DNA from: an uncultured Pseudovibrio sp.
GTDB lineage: Bacteria > Pseudomonadota > Alphaproteobacteria > Rhizobiales > Stappiaceae
DNA length: 64,000 nucleotides
NCBI GenBank assembly: GCA_947494035.1
Contig: CANLTN010000013.1
Location: 24,423-88,422 of the forward strand
Reading direction: 5' to 3'
Shown here: positions 39,177-49,427 of the stretch, piece after piece
How the letters are laid out: every line of letters starts with the position of its first letter
Numbering within the stretch: the stretch's first letter is position 1
Made by a program: the position numbers and the translations under genes
The notes under the pieces: generated by a model
The model's input: only the letters and a program-made list of their open reading frames with translations
The model's database searches: none
What the model was told of the DNA's origin: nothing

Positions 39177-40157
39177 TTATTTTATTGTTTCCAGTTCATT
39201 CTCTTTTAGTAGGCCAACGAGTTCCTTGGCCAAAACCTCATCAATGATCAAATCCTTAATGATGCCAGTCGCCAATGCCGCCAGCGTTGCTTTCGCTTTG
39301 CGGTAACCGCCAACGATCGCGACGACATGCGCCTTGCGGACATCATCAAAATGCAGTCCGACTGCTTTTTCAGTCAAAGAACAGGCTACTTCCTTGCCGT
39401 TGATGTCGACAAAGCGGCCCATCACGTCAGAACACGCGCCGCTTGCAAGCAGCTCTTCGCGTTCTTCCGGGGTAATCAGCTTGCGTTTGACAAGGTGACC
39501 TTCCTTCTCGACCGATCCGATACCGATTATGAACAACTCGGCGGCCTTTGCTCTGGAGAGCAGCTCCTGAACTGCGCCCTGAGACAGGAAGGTTTCTCTT
39601 TCTGCTTTGGTTTCAGCAATATATGGAACAGGGAGGTAGAACCCCTCGCCGCCTGTCTTTGCACAAAGCTGCTGCACAACATCATAGGGGTTGGCAGAGA
39701 GGCGGCGGGTGAGCGAGCCGGATACGGACAGCAGCTCAAGCTCTGGAACGTGGACACGAGGCATCGCCTCGATTGTGGACTGAAGCGTGCGACCCATGCC
39801 AACGCCGATGCGTTTAGGCGGGTTTGTTGTGAAAAGTGAATGAAGATATTGGCTAGCGAAGGATGACACCGCAGTAAATGAGTCTGTTTCTTCACCGCTG
39901 CCAAGGTCCGGAGCAATAAAGCAATTTTCCAAATTCATTCGTTTGCAGAGAAATTGTTCTAATTCAACGCACTCGGAAGGTCGGGCTTCGATATGAAATT
40001 TTATCAAGCCTTCTTTTTGAGCATGTGCTATTAGGCGATGAACCTTTGCAGGAGAAACCCCAAGACGACCCGCAATCTCCCCTTGCGTGCTTCGGCCGAT
40101 GAAAGACATCCAAGCGGCTCTAATGGCCAAGGATGTGGTCCATTCGTCTGCCTTCAT
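39177..40157 (-). CDS. SorC/DeoR family sugar-binding transcription regulator
   Basis: AIRAAWM..TQGEIAGRLGVS HTH; IGVGMGRT, IIGIGS, GGYRKAKA, IIDE. Confidence 0.9.
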   Translation of the reverse strand: MKADEWTTSLAIRAAWMSFIGRSTQGEIAGRLGVSPAKVHRLIAHAQKEGLIKFHIEARPSECVELEQFLCKRMNLENCFIAPDLGSGEETDSFTAVSSFASQYLHSLFTTNPPKRIGVGMGRTLQSTIEAMPRVHVPELELLSVSGSLTRRLSANPYDVVQQLCAKTGGEGFYLPVPYIAETKAERETFLSQGAVQELLSRAKAAELFIIGIGSVEKEGHLVKRKLITPEEREELLASGACSDVMGRFVDINGKEVACSLTEKAVGLHFDDVRKAHVVAIVGGYRKAKATLAALATGIIKDLIIDEVLAKELVGLLKENELETIK

Positions 40158-40275
40158 GGTCTAGCCTCTTTTATTCCTAAATGGCTTCACTGAGATGCCT
40201 CCAGAAGCCATTCCCAAATTTCTATCTGAATGCCCAGTTTCAGAGCTTCCGGGCACCCCTCCCAAATCAGATTGG

Positions 40276-40303
40276 AATATTTCTTCACCCTGTGAGAAAT
40301 ATT
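40276..40303. promoter_or_regulatory. Candidate operator upstream of the SorC/DeoR regulator
   Basis: Exact 9-bp inverted repeat AATATTTCT-N10-AGAAATATT. Confidence 0.35.
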
Positions 40304-40834
40304 TCAAGGACACATTTGCATTAGGAGAAACCGAAGGTCAAGGAAATAAACGGGGCGATTTGCAAATTCTTATTGCGCCCGAACTAAGCCACTGTTTTTA
40401 CCATACTAATAGAATAAAAGAGTTTTGGCTTAAGTACTTGCGGAAATTACTTAGGTAGCGACTCAGTTGAATCACCCGCTTTACGACGGGATCCTTAACA
40501 AAATTATCAACTTTATGTAACATTGCATCAAGTTTTAACATTTTTCAAATAAACAAAATATTTTCAACGCACTAACTGGCGCAATATTTATGCCCTCAAA
40601 ATTTTCAGAAAGCATTTACTGGCAAATCAAACAATTAGTTTTGATGGAGCGGGATTAATACAACCCTATATATATCAATGCTAGTGAATAGTCTTCCACA
40701 TCCATGGATGACCTAAGGAATACTATGGATGTATCATGTTTACGCTAGCTGAGTGCCGATTACAGCAAAATAAAAAAATTGAGGTGGGAGGTCGTGACCG
40801 GGACATCCTGAACCTTGTAAAAAGGAGGCTGACA

Positions 40835-41659
40835 ATGCGGCCCATGTGCACAAGACCCCTCATCGCGATTGCGGGCGCAGTCGCACTTGGTGGTATTTTG
40901 CTTTCTTCCCCCATCCTGGCGAAATCCAACACTCATGCATCTTTGAACTTCGATATGTCCAATGAGGTCGATCTGGAACTGGTTCTGGCCGTTGACATTT
41001 CGCAGAGCATGGACCCGGAAGAACAGCGCGTTCAGAGAGAAGGATATATTGCGGCTCTGACTTCTGAAGCAGTGCTTGATGCGATCAAGTACGGCCCCAC
41101 CGGCCGCATTGCTGTCGCCTACATGGAATGGGGCGGCAAAGATGAGCACTTTGTCGTTGCGGACTGGACTATTATCTCAGATGTGGAATCTGCCGGAGAG
41201 TTTGCCGGCAAGATTGCCGAGGCCCCTTTGCGCCGGGTGCAACGCACATCCATATCATCGGCTCTAACGCAGGCGGTTAATCTTGTAACCGCCAACCAGT
41301 ATAACGGCATGCGCCGTGTTATCGATATCTCAGGTGACGGCCCGAACAATCAGGGCAGCGCGGTCACCGAAGCGCGCGATGCTGCAATCGCGCAAGGTGT
41401 TACAGTCAATGGTTTGCCTTTGATGCTGAAGGAAGAGAGCATTTCATGGCAGTCCATGCTGCATCTGGATCATTATTACGAGGACTGTGTGATCGGTGGA
41501 CCGGGCGCATTTTCGATTCCTGTGCGCTCCAAAGAAGGCTTCAGCGATGCGATCCGCATGAAACTTGTACTGGAGATTGCAGGCCTTGTAGATGACCAGC
41601 CCAAACTGATCCGCGCCAAGTCGCGCAGAGATATGGTCATGTGCTCCTTGTTCGACTGA
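40835..41659 (+). CDS. DUF1194 family (vWA-like) secreted protein
   Basis: DLELVLAVDISQSMD, VIDISGDGPNNQG, TVNGLP, CVIGGPGAF; AGGAGG RBS before the ATG at 40835. Confidence 0.88.
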   Translation: MRPMCTRPLIAIAGAVALGGILLSSPILAKSNTHASLNFDMSNEVDLELVLAVDISQSMDPEEQRVQREGYIAALTSEAVLDAIKYGPTGRIAVAYMEWGGKDEHFVVADWTIISDVESAGEFAGKIAEAPLRRVQRTSISSALTQAVNLVTANQYNGMRRVIDISGDGPNNQGSAVTEARDAAIAQGVTVNGLPLMLKEESISWQSMLHLDHYYEDCVIGGPGAFSIPVRSKEGFSDAIRMKLVLEIAGLVDDQPKLIRAKSRRDMVMCSLFD

Positions 41660-41917
41660 CGCGGAGCGCACCAAAAAGTTTCTAAAACCTGTGTATGACC
41701 TGCTGCCGTTTGTCACCGCTTAAATATCAGGCACAAACGGCAGCAAGTTGGCTCTTTCAAAGCCTATCAAGACGCGCTAAAGGGTAGGTTATCTCAAGAA
41801 GCTTGAGCATGCTGCGGGTACTTTCAGGCAAGCTCCAAGTTTTTGCTGGTCGCATCTCTTGGGAAAACGGAACCACCGTTTGGGGATGCGTACCAGTGAC
41901 GTGTTGACGGAGCCAAA

Positions 41918-42346
41918 ATGACAGAGCGCAGAACTCTCGCCCTTATCGCCCACGATGCCAAAAAAGACGAAATGGTTGCATTTGCCAAATTGCACGAGAG
42001 CAAACTGGCTAACTACAAGCTCTTTGCAACGGGGACAACGGGTAGTCGTATTCATGATGCATGCCCATCTTTGGATATCGTTCGCATGAAAAGTGGCCCG
42101 CTTGGTGGTGACCAGCAGATCGGCGCGTTGATTGCCGAACGCGCTTTGAATGGCCTGTTCTTTTTTGTCGACCCACTTTCTCCAATGCCACATGATGTGG
42201 ACGTGAAGGCGCTGATGCGTCTGGCGCTTGTCTATGATATTCCGATGGCCTTGAACCGCAGTACGGCAGACATTATTTTGCGGTCTGCCCGTCTTGCAGG
42301 GTTGTCCACTTCGTCACAGACCCCAGAAATCTCCAGCCAACAATAA
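41918..42346 (+). CDS. mgsA: Methylglyoxal synthase
   Basis: [35 protein letters not shown]. Confidence 0.95.
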   Translation: MTERRTLALIAHDAKKDEMVAFAKLHESKLANYKLFATGTTGSRIHDACPSLDIVRMKSGPLGGDQQIGALIAERALNGLFFFVDPLSPMPHDVDVKALMRLALVYDIPMALNRSTADIILRSARLAGLSTSSQTPEISSQQ

Positions 42347-42360
42347 AGTCAAACTCATAA

Positions 42361-43392
42361 ATGCTGCACTCTGCTCCGCTTACTGAAAATCTGCCCTACC
42401 CGGTGCTTGTCGCTGACATTGGCGGCACAAATGCGCGCTTTGCACTGATTGAAGGACCCAATGCGCCAAGCAAGTTCTGCGGTCAGGAAGGGACAAAAGC
42501 ACACGCAACCATTCAGGATGCGATCCGTGCCGGTGTTCTGGAACAAGGCTATACTGCCCCACGCTCTGCAGTTCTGGCGGTTGCCGCCCCCGTTTCCAGC
42601 GACCGGATTGCGCTGACCAATGCGCGCTGGGTGATCGAGCCGCCGGCTCTCATCCGTGAGCTTGGTCTGGAACAGGTGGTTATGCTCAATGACTTTGAAG
42701 CGCAGGGCCTTGCGCTGCCTTCTCTGTCCTCAACCGATCTGGAGCAGATTGGTGGCGGCACAGCCGTGCACAACGCCACCAAGTTTGTTGTTGGTCCGGG
42801 CACCGGCCTCGGCGCTGGCGCGATGGTCCGCTCTTGCGGCAAGTGGATTCCTGTGCCCGGTGAAGGTGGCCATGTCGAGTTGGGACCACTTAGCGAGGAA
42901 GAGTACCGGATCTGGCCGCATCTGGAACGCATCGGAGGCCGCATCGGCGCTGAGCAGGTGGTTTGCGGTGCAGGGCTTATTCGCCTTGCCAGTGCTGTCC
43001 TGAAGGCCGATGGCGCGCATCGTACCTATGAGAAGCCTTCGGACGTGCCGATGGCGGCGGATGATGGTGATGAGGTTGCCCAGAAGGTGCTGCGCTTGTT
43101 CTGCGCGGCGCTTGGCCGTGTGGCCGGTGACTTTGCGCTTACTACGCTTGCACGCGGCGGCGTTTATCTGGCGGGCGGTATTCCCCCGAAGATCTCGCAG
43201 TGGCTGCATACAGGTGAGTTCCGGGCTGCTTTTGAGGCCAAAGCACCGCATGACAGTATCATGAAGTCTATTCCGACCTACATCATCACACATAAGAGCC
43301 CTGCCCTTGAGGGACTTGCTGCCTACACCCGAGCACCGGAAGATTATCTGGTGGACCTGACTGGCCGCAGCTGGCATCGCAGGGACATCTAG
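42361..43392 (+). CDS. glk: Glucokinase
   Basis: ADIGGTNARFA, NDFEAQG, GPGTGLG, GEGGH, GGVYLAGGI. Confidence 0.93.
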   Translation: MLHSAPLTENLPYPVLVADIGGTNARFALIEGPNAPSKFCGQEGTKAHATIQDAIRAGVLEQGYTAPRSAVLAVAAPVSSDRIALTNARWVIEPPALIRELGLEQVVMLNDFEAQGLALPSLSSTDLEQIGGGTAVHNATKFVVGPGTGLGAGAMVRSCGKWIPVPGEGGHVELGPLSEEEYRIWPHLERIGGRIGAEQVVCGAGLIRLASAVLKADGAHRTYEKPSDVPMAADDGDEVAQKVLRLFCAALGRVAGDFALTTLARGGVYLAGGIPPKISQWLHTGEFRAAFEAKAPHDSIMKSIPTYIITHKSPALEGLAAYTRAPEDYLVDLTGRSWHRRDI

Positions 43393-43525
43393 GGTCCGGA
43401 ATAGATCCAAGCGCGACTTCTGATCTAACTGGAAGCAGCATTGCATTGATTAGAGTGTGGCAGGTTCATTTTTATTCACGCCTGCCGCACTTCTATAATT
43501 GACGCCTACATTTTGCGCGGAGCCC

Positions 43526-45979
43526 ATGACGCCTTCTTCCTTGCCCATTGATGCAATTCTGCCGGACCTGCTCTTAACGCTTGAGCAAAACACCAATGCA
43601 GTTCTGGTTGCTGAGCCGGGCGCGGGTAAAACAACCCGTGTGCCACTGGCCCTGCTGGATGCACCGTGGCGTGAAGATGGCAAGATCATCGTGCTTGAAC
43701 CGCGCCGCCTTGCTGCTCGCGCTGCCGCACGGCGCATGGCACATACACTTGGTGAGCAGGTTGGGGAGACGGTTGGCTACCGCGTGCGGATGGACAGCAA
43801 GGTTTCAGCCAAAACACGTATCGAAGTGGTGACCGAAGGCGTTTTCACCCGCATGATCCTGAATGATCCAGAACTTTCCGGCGTGGCTGCGGTTTTGTTT
43901 GATGAATACCATGAGCGCTCCATGGATGGGGATCTGGGTCTGGCATTGGCGCTGGACGTTCAGGGAGCCTTGCGGGAGGATCTGCGGATCGTGCCCATGT
44001 CCGCAACGCTGGATGCTGCCGAGGTTTCCAAGCTACTGGATGATGCGCCAATCCTGAAGAGTGAAGGTCGCCAGTATCCAGTCGAGACACGCTACATTGG
44101 CCGTGACCCGCGCCGCAGACTGGAAGATCAGGTGGCAAATGCTGTTCGTGCAGCACTGGCCAAAGACGCGGGCTCGGTGCTGGTCTTCTTGCCGGGGCAA
44201 GGTGAGATAAAGCGCACGCAATCCTTGTTGGAAGGGCGCGTGGCTGCGGATGTGGACCTTGCACCGCTTTATGGCGCACTGGATAGCAAGGCTCAGGATC
44301 TGGCGGTTCGTCCTCCTGCATCTGGCCGCCGAAAAGTGGTGCTAACCACGGCAATCGCGCAGACCTCCCTGACTATTGAAGGCGTGCGGATCGTGATTGA
44401 TTCCGGACTTTCCCGCGTGCCGCGTTATGACCCGCAGACTGGATTGACCCGTCTTGAGACAGTGAAGGTATCGCGCGCAACTGCGGAACAGCGCAGAGGC
44501 CGTGCGGGGCGTGTGGAACCGGGTATCTGTTATCGGCTTTGGGAGGAGGCGCAGACCAAAGCTCTGCCTGCTGCCGAGAAGCCCGAGATACTGGAGAGCG
44601 ACCTCTCCGGGCTGGTGCTTGATGTGGCGAACTGGGGTGTTGCGGACCCTGCGCAGTTGAAGTTCATGACCCCTCCTCCGGCAGCGGCTTGGTCTGAGGC
44701 TAAAGAGCTGCTTGAAGAGCTGGATGCACTGGATGCAGATGGTGGCCTGACAAAAGCTGGCAGCGAGCTTGCCGGATTGCCGTTGCACCCTCGCCTTGGG
44801 CACATGCTGATGCAGGCAGCACATGAGGGGCAGGCGGAGCTGGCCTCGCTGATTGCAGTGACTATTGGAGAGCATGGGCTGGGTGGCCGCTCTACAGATC
44901 TACGCGATCGTCTACGTCGGCTGATGCAGGATCAAAGCCCACGTGCGAAAGAAGCGCGGGCACAGGCCAAGCGCTGGGTGAGGCTGGTTGGCGGGCGTTC
45001 CTCACAGCGGGCTAATTTCGAAGATGCAGGCGATATTTTAAGCCTTGCCTATCCGGACCGTATTGCCCAGCAGCGTGGCGCACGGGGCAGTTTTCGCCTT
45101 GCTAATGGCCGCGGAGCACAGCTGGAAGAGAGCGAAGCGCTCTATGCCGAGAAGTTTTTGAGCATTGCCGAGGTGACAGGCACTGCGGCACGCGCCCGCA
45201 TCCTGTTAGCAGCACCACTTTCCTTTAGTGAGCTGGAGGCACGCTTTGCCTCACACATCCGCGAGAAGGAACAGGTGCAGTTGATGCCGGACGGGGCCAT
45301 CAAGGCCGTTCGGCAGCGGGTGCTTGGAAAGTTGGTGCTGGACGAGAAGAAAATTTCTGATCCTGATCCGGAGGCCATTACCGATGCCTTGATGGAGCAA
45401 ATTGCTCGGAAAGGCGCAGCGCGTCTGCCGTGGAGCAAAGACCAGCTACGCTATCGCGGGCGGCTGAACTATCTGAGAGAGACTGCCGGGAGAGATTGGC
45501 CAGATCTGAGCGACAAGGCATTGGATGCAGGCTTCGATTGGCTGCGCCCGTTCCTTGCAGGGAAAACCGCCCTCTCCCAGATAGATGCGGGCACACTGGG
45601 AGATGCGCTGGCCACGCTGGTTCCGTGGGAGTTGAGCACACAGCTGGACACTTGGGCACCCTCCCACTTTGTGGTCCCGACAGGATCGCGTATTCCGATT
45701 GATTATGGTGGCGAACAAGGCCCGATGCTTTCTGTTCGCGTGCAGGAGCTGTTTGGGCTCTCCGAGCACCCGTGTATCTGCGGTGGAAAGGTCAAACTGG
45801 TCTTGCAGCTGCTCTCCCCTGCTCAGCGGCCTATTCAGATCACCAAGGATCTGCCGGGGTTCTGGCAAGGGTCATGGGCGGACGTCAAGGCGGATATGAA
45901 GGGGCAGTACCCTAAACATCCATGGCCGGATAATCCGCTAGACGCAGAGGCCACGCGGCGGGCGAAGCCGCGCAAATAA
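43526..45979 (+). CDS. hrpB: ATP-dependent RNA helicase HrpB
   Basis: AEPGAGKTT, DEYHER, MSATL, FLPGQGEI, TAIAQTSLTI, QRRGRAGR, HrpB C-terminal LLSPAQRPIQIT. Confidence 0.95.
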   Translation: MTPSSLPIDAILPDLLLTLEQNTNAVLVAEPGAGKTTRVPLALLDAPWREDGKIIVLEPRRLAARAAARRMAHTLGEQVGETVGYRVRMDSKVSAKTRIEVVTEGVFTRMILNDPELSGVAAVLFDEYHERSMDGDLGLALALDVQGALREDLRIVPMSATLDAAEVSKLLDDAPILKSEGRQYPVETRYIGRDPRRRLEDQVANAVRAALAKDAGSVLVFLPGQGEIKRTQSLLEGRVAADVDLAPLYGALDSKAQDLAVRPPASGRRKVVLTTAIAQTSLTIEGVRIVIDSGLSRVPRYDPQTGLTRLETVKVSRATAEQRRGRAGRVEPGICYRLWEEAQTKALPAAEKPEILESDLSGLVLDVANWGVADPAQLKFMTPPPAAAWSEAKELLEELDALDADGGLTKAGSELAGLPLHPRLGHMLMQAAHEGQAELASLIAVTIGEHGLGGRSTDLRDRLRRLMQDQSPRAKEARAQAKRWVRLVGGRSSQRANFEDAGDILSLAYPDRIAQQRGARGSFRLANGRGAQLEESEALYAEKFLSIAEVTGTAARARILLAAPLSFSELEARFASHIREKEQVQLMPDGAIKAVRQRVLGKLVLDEKKISDPDPEAITDALMEQIARKGAARLPWSKDQLRYRGRLNYLRETAGRDWPDLSDKALDAGFDWLRPFLAGKTALSQIDAGTLGDALATLVPWELSTQLDTWAPSHFVVPTGSRIPIDYGGEQGPMLSVRVQELFGLSEHPCICGGKVKLVLQLLSPAQRPIQITKDLPGFWQGSWADVKADMKGQYPKHPWPDNPLDAEATRRAKPRK

Positions 45980-46033
45980 AAAGCCGAAGAGTGCAACCAC
46001 TCTCCGGCCTTACGTAATTCGATTGCGGAAAGG

Positions 46034-46519
46034 TTATTCGCTTTCGTTTGCAGGGGCTGCCTGCAGCAGACCGTAGCGCTCGACGCCGATCTTTTCCAGA
46101 AGCTCCAGTTGGGTTTCGAGGAAGTCGATGTGACCTTCTTCGTCTGCCATCAGATCTTCGAAAAGCTTCATGGTGACGTAATCGCCTTCGTCGCGGCAAA
46201 CTTCGCGTGCTTCCTTGTAAAGAGCACGTGCGGAGTATTCACCAGCCAGATCGCACTCAAGGCATTCCTTGAGGTCCTGACCGATGCGCAGCGGATCGAG
46301 GGTTTGCAGATTCGGGTGTCCTTCGAGGAAGATAATACGCTCGATCAGCTTATCGGCGTGTTCCATTTCCTCAATGGATTCCTCGCGTTCTTTTTTCGCG
46401 AGCTTTGTGAAGCCCCAATCTTCAAGGAGACGGTAATGCAGCCAATATTGATTAACCGCAGTCAGCTCGTGACGAAGCGCTTTATTGAGATATTCCAGTA
46501 CTTTAGGTTCACCCTTCAT
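46034..46519 (-). CDS. bfr: Bacterioferritin
   Basis: [35 protein letters not shown]. Confidence 0.96.
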   Translation of the reverse strand: MKGEPKVLEYLNKALRHELTAVNQYWLHYRLLEDWGFTKLAKKEREESIEEMEHADKLIERIIFLEGHPNLQTLDPLRIGQDLKECLECDLAGEYSARALYKEAREVCRDEGDYVTMKLFEDLMADEEGHIDFLETQLELLEKIGVERYGLLQAAPANESE

Positions 46520-46556
46520 GTCACTCTCTCCTTGACAAATTGAGGTATTGTCCTTT

Positions 46557-46573
46557 TTTAGAATAATTCCAAG
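46557..46573. promoter_or_regulatory. Irr iron control element (ICE) upstream of bfr
   Basis: TTTAGAA-TAA-TTCCAAG, one mismatch to TTTRGAA-N3-TTCYAAA. Confidence 0.65.
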
Positions 46574-46783
46574 CTACTGTCCAGAGTCATCTTTTACTTG
46601 TTCAGCTTCCGCGTATACAACCTCGATGATGCTCTTGAAGCAACCACCGCATTTAGGTCGGTACCCTAGATGACGGAAAATTGCGCCAGGAGTGGGGACA
46701 CCGCCCTCCGGATTCTCGCAGAGTTCGCGTGCAGCTTGTTTAATTTGTTTGTCAGTAATGACGTTGCAGTGACAAATGATCAT
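46574..46783 (-). CDS. bfd: Bacterioferritin-associated [2Fe-2S] ferredoxin
   Basis: MIICHCN...CGGC; adjacent to bfr. Confidence 0.9.
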   Translation of the reverse strand: MIICHCNVITDKQIKQAARELCENPEGGVPTPGAIFRHLGYRPKCGGCFKSIIEVVYAEAEQVKDDSGQ

Positions 46784-46900
46784 TGTTGGTTGCTTTCGGG
46801 CTCCCAATTTCTCTTGCAAAGCATTATATAATCTGTACAGCTTCTAAAACTAGAGAGAAATACTCCAGTTTCCTGCAGTCCTATCACGAGCAAAGCCCCT

Positions 46901-47662
46901 ATGAACACAAACCAAACGACGAAGGATCTCCGCAAAACAATCGTTTTGACAGGCGCGAGCCGCGGAATCGGCCACGCGACGGTTAAAAAGTTTTCTTCAG
47001 CGGGTTACCGGGTTATCAGCTGTTCCAGACAACCGTTTTCTGACAAGTGCCCATGGCCATCGGGTCCTGAGGACCACATTGAAGTGGACCTTGGTGATTC
47101 TGATAGTCTGGAAAATGCAGTTTTGCAAATTAAAGAGCGTTTGCAAGACAATGGTTCCATGCTGCACGCACTGGTGAACAATGCGGGCATCAGTCCCAAG
47201 GATGAAGACGGGCAACGCCTCGATTCTCTGACAACACCAACGCAAACCTGGCGAGATGTGTTTCAGGTCAACTTCTTCGCCCCAATCATGCTGGCCCGTG
47301 GTTTGTTTGAGGAGCTGAAAGCGGCAAAGGGGTCTGTTGTCAACGTCACCTCTATTGCCGGGGGCCGTGTGCACCCGTTTGCAGGCACTGCTTACGCAAC
47401 CTCCAAAGCAGCTCTTGCAGCACTGACTCGCGAGATGGCGGCTGATTTCGGGCCTCATGGCGTGCGCGTAAACGCGATTGCTCCGGGTGAGATCGACACC
47501 TCGATCCTGTCTCCAGGTACCGAGAAGATCGTTGAGACCATTCCTATGCGCCGTCTTGGAAGCACCGCAGAGGTGGCAGACACCATCTACTATCTGTGTT
47601 CTGCGCCGTCCTCCTATGTGACAGGAGCCGAGATCCACATCAACGGTGGTCAGCACGTTTAA
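46901..47662 (+). CDS. Classical SDR oxidoreductase (FixR-like)
   Basis: TGASRGIG, LVNNAGI, YATSK, VNAIAPG. Confidence 0.88.
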   Translation: MNTNQTTKDLRKTIVLTGASRGIGHATVKKFSSAGYRVISCSRQPFSDKCPWPSGPEDHIEVDLGDSDSLENAVLQIKERLQDNGSMLHALVNNAGISPKDEDGQRLDSLTTPTQTWRDVFQVNFFAPIMLARGLFEELKAAKGSVVNVTSIAGGRVHPFAGTAYATSKAALAALTREMAADFGPHGVRVNAIAPGEIDTSILSPGTEKIVETIPMRRLGSTAEVADTIYYLCSAPSSYVTGAEIHINGGQHV

Positions 47663-47684
47663 CGAAATCTTCCGGTTCGGTTTG

Positions 47685-47710
47685 AAGGGGCGCATCATGC
47701 GCCCTTTTTT
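47685..47710 (+). terminator. Intrinsic terminator after the SDR gene
   Basis: AAGGGGCGCA-TCA-TGCGCCCTTT plus T-tract. Confidence 0.7.
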
Positions 47711-47826
47711 ACGAGTGAGGGAAATCCGCAGACCAGCCCAATATGCAATTTTATTAGTTATTTTTTTAGTGATCTTCTGATCTACTAAGATAATTACTTA
47801 TTATATTTCCTTGGGGGATCAGACCG

Positions 47827-48552
47827 TTGGCTGCATTCAATTTAAATAGGGTACCCATCATTTTATACGCTGCGGTCTTTCTGATCGTACTGCTTGGCAT
47901 CGTTCAGCAGGTCTTCGTTACCTACGTTGGCGTTGAGACGCCTTTGAAAGACCTTCGTCACTTCTCACTGGATCACGAAACCAATCTGGGCGCATGGTTC
48001 TCGTCCATGGTGATGCTCTGTATTGCCGGGCTGGCTGGTTTGATTGGCGTTATGGAGCGGCACTCCAAGCAGCCACAAAACTGGCTTTACTGGATGGGCT
48101 TGTCTGTTGGCTTTCTCTACATGTCGGTTGATGAAAATATCGGCATCCACGAAATCACCATCAACCCACTGCGCACAGCATTTGACCTGAGCGGTCCGCT
48201 TTATTTTGCCTGGGTGATACCGGGAATGATTCTGGTTGCAATGCTCGGGCTTGTTTACCTGCGCTTTCTTGTAAGGCTGCCGAGACGGTTTGCGGTTCTG
48301 TTTGTGATCTCGGGAACCATATATCTTTCCGGCGCGCTCGGGTTTGAGATGTTGGGCGCCATGTTTGCAGGCAGCGTTGGGTATGACGCGCTTGGCTACA
48401 AGATCTTTTATACGCTGGAAGAAACCTGCGAGCTGGTTGGTCTAACGACTTTCCTCTCAGCTCTGCTGGCTTATCTGGGTGAGATTCATGGCTATGCGAC
48501 CATCACCTTCCAGCGCACAGCGAAGGCTGGATATTTGAAAACCGGCAAGTGA
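47827..48552 (+). CDS. Hypothetical multi-pass membrane protein
   Basis: About 7 TM segments; SVDENIGIHE and LEETCELVG motifs; TTG start. Confidence 0.7.
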   Translation: MAAFNLNRVPIILYAAVFLIVLLGIVQQVFVTYVGVETPLKDLRHFSLDHETNLGAWFSSMVMLCIAGLAGLIGVMERHSKQPQNWLYWMGLSVGFLYMSVDENIGIHEITINPLRTAFDLSGPLYFAWVIPGMILVAMLGLVYLRFLVRLPRRFAVLFVISGTIYLSGALGFEMLGAMFAGSVGYDALGYKIFYTLEETCELVGLTTFLSALLAYLGEIHGYATITFQRTAKAGYLKTGK

Positions 48553-48586
48553 GGGAAAGGGGCAAACGCCCCTTCACCCAGTTTGG

Positions 48587-49387
48587 CTAAGCAGATGCTG
48601 CAACGGCGCGTTTGGCCATGACTGTCACCAAATTAGCGCGGTAGGCGGCTGTGCCGTGCATATCGGAGAGCATATCGTCAGTAGACGGGGCGATGTTGGC
48701 GACGGCGTCAGCAGACCAGTTGCCATCCAGAGCCTTTTCCATGTCAGGCATTCGGAAGACACCGCCCTGCCCTGCTCCAGTCACAGCCACGCGAGCACCG
48801 GCCCCCGTTTTTGCCACAAACACGCCTGCCATGGCATAGCGGGATGCGGGGTTCGGGAACTTGGCGTACGCGGTGTGTGATGCTGCCGGGAAGACAATGG
48901 CAGTCACAATTTCATCCTCATCCAGCGCTGTTTCGAACATGCCGGTGAAGAAATCTTTCGCGGTAAACTCCCGCTTGTTGGTCTCGATGGTTGCACCAAG
49001 AGCCAGCAATGCTGCCGGGTAGTCCGCTGCCGGGTCGTTGTTGGCGATGGACCCGCCAATCGTGCCCATGTGGCGAACATGCGGATCACCGATGTGTCCA
49101 GCCAGATCAGCCAGTCCCGGAAGAGCGGCTCTGACATCAGCATTGCCAGCCACATCCGCATGGCAGGTTGCTGCGCCAATACGAATTGAGCCGTCAGCCT
49201 GTTTGGTGATGCCGGAGATCTCGTCGATGTGGCGCAGGTCGATCAGGTCGCTTGGTGCGGCAAGGCGCTGCTTCATGGTCGGGATCAGGGTTTGACCACC
49301 AGAAAGCAGTTTGCCGTCATCAGCGTTCTTCAGCATTGCTGCTGCATCTGACACTGTCGATGCGCGATGATATTTGGTCTCGTACAT
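48587..49387 (-). CDS. coxM: Molybdo-hydroxylase FAD subunit (CoxM-like)
   Basis: LSGGQTLIP, RHMGTIGGSIANNDPAADY, DMHGTAAYRA. Confidence 0.88.
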   Translation of the reverse strand: MYETKYHRASTVSDAAAMLKNADDGKLLSGGQTLIPTMKQRLAAPSDLIDLRHIDEISGITKQADGSIRIGAATCHADVAGNADVRAALPGLADLAGHIGDPHVRHMGTIGGSIANNDPAADYPAALLALGATIETNKREFTAKDFFTGMFETALDEDEIVTAIVFPAASHTAYAKFPNPASRYAMAGVFVAKTGAGARVAVTGAGQGGVFRMPDMEKALDGNWSADAVANIAPSTDDMLSDMHGTAAYRANLVTVMAKRAVAASA

Positions 49388-49427
49388 TTTTAGCCTCCCA
49401 TCCCCATAGGGGTCTTTGGCAGAGTTG

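Noticed and set aside
40195-40458. 87-aa ORF in the AT-rich divergent region
   Set aside because: No RBS or homology cue; overlaps the likely promoter/operator
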